A stretch of 64,000 bases of DNA from Octopus sinensis (Eukaryota): positions 13,950,001-14,014,000 of the forward strand of contig NC_043020.1 in NCBI RefSeq assembly GCF_006345805.1, given 5' to 3'. Within the stretch, counting starts at the first letter, position 1. Each line of letters opens with the position of its first letter. Made by a program: the position numbers and the translations under genes. This document shows, piece by piece, positions 63,219 to 64,000 of the stretch. The notes beneath the pieces are model-generated. The model did not search any database and was not told the origin of the DNA. It worked only from the letters and a program-made list of their open reading frames with translations.

Positions 63219-63862
63219 TAATATATATGTTAAGTATCAGCATCATACTGTAGTGGTAGTAGTAGTAATAGCAGCTGTAGTGATTATGTAGGGCAAAACT
63301 TCGGATTCAGCCATTTATAAAATGTATGCTACACAATTGTAAAATGGAGACTATGTGGTAGTTTATGTTGCTAGTAATAGCAACTAAATCTGTTTCAAAT
63401 GCCTCCTATACTATCATAAATATATCATCATCATCATCATCATCATCATCATCGTTTAACGTCCGCTTTCCGCGCTAGCACGGGTTGGACGGTTTGACCG
63501 GGTCTGGGAAGCCAGGGGCCGCACCAGGCTCCAGTCTGAATCTGGCAGAGTTTCTACGGCTGGATGCCCTTCCTAACGCCAACCACTCCGTGAGTGGATT
63601 GGGTGCTTTTTACGTGCCACCTGCACAGGGGCCGGAGGGTCCGGCATCGTCACGATCGGTTCGAGCATTTTAACGTGTCAGCGGCACATGGGCAACGAGG
63701 TCCGGGGTACTTTGGGGGTCCAGGGTACTTTGGGGATCCGGGGTACTTAGAATGAGTAGGGGGTATGTGGAATTGCTGCAGAAAGCAGCCCGGGTCTTTG
63801 TAGTCACAGCATTTACATACATATATATATATATATATATACGTACACATATATACATATAT

Positions 63863-63914
<52 letters not shown>

Positions 63915-63964
63915 CATACATATATATATATATATATACGTACACATATATACATATATTTACA

Positions 63965-64000
<36 letters not shown>

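Overview
AT-rich, repeat-saturated animal genomic DNA; the SINE, LINE and MITE families point to an octopod cephalopod (inference). It holds two convergent multi-exon genes. (1) The last three coding exons of an AMN1-like leucine-rich-repeat gene lie on + (4380-4436, 6670-6781, 10462-10526). (2) Eight coding exons of MAPKAPK2 (MK2) lie on - (56151 down to 12639), running from GGELF through HRDIK, DFG and the activation loop to the NES and stop; its first two exons are not found and probably lie beyond 64000. Every junction is GT-AG and in phase. The introns are filled with tRNA-derived SINEs, RTE, CR1, R4/Dong and Penelope fragments, Tc1/mariner remnants, piggyBac- and Merlin-like MITEs, Helentron-like HINEs and micro/minisatellites. 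The main hidden signal is a dispersed set of minimal type I hammerhead ribozyme motifs on both strands, with at least four well formed and several decayed. Two sit at the centre of short inverted-repeat-flanked cassettes, and one intact-core copy is sense to the last MAPKAPK2 intron. There is no CRISPR array and no prokaryotic system. Most ORF-track entries are spurious translations of repeats. All folds and alignments were done by eye.
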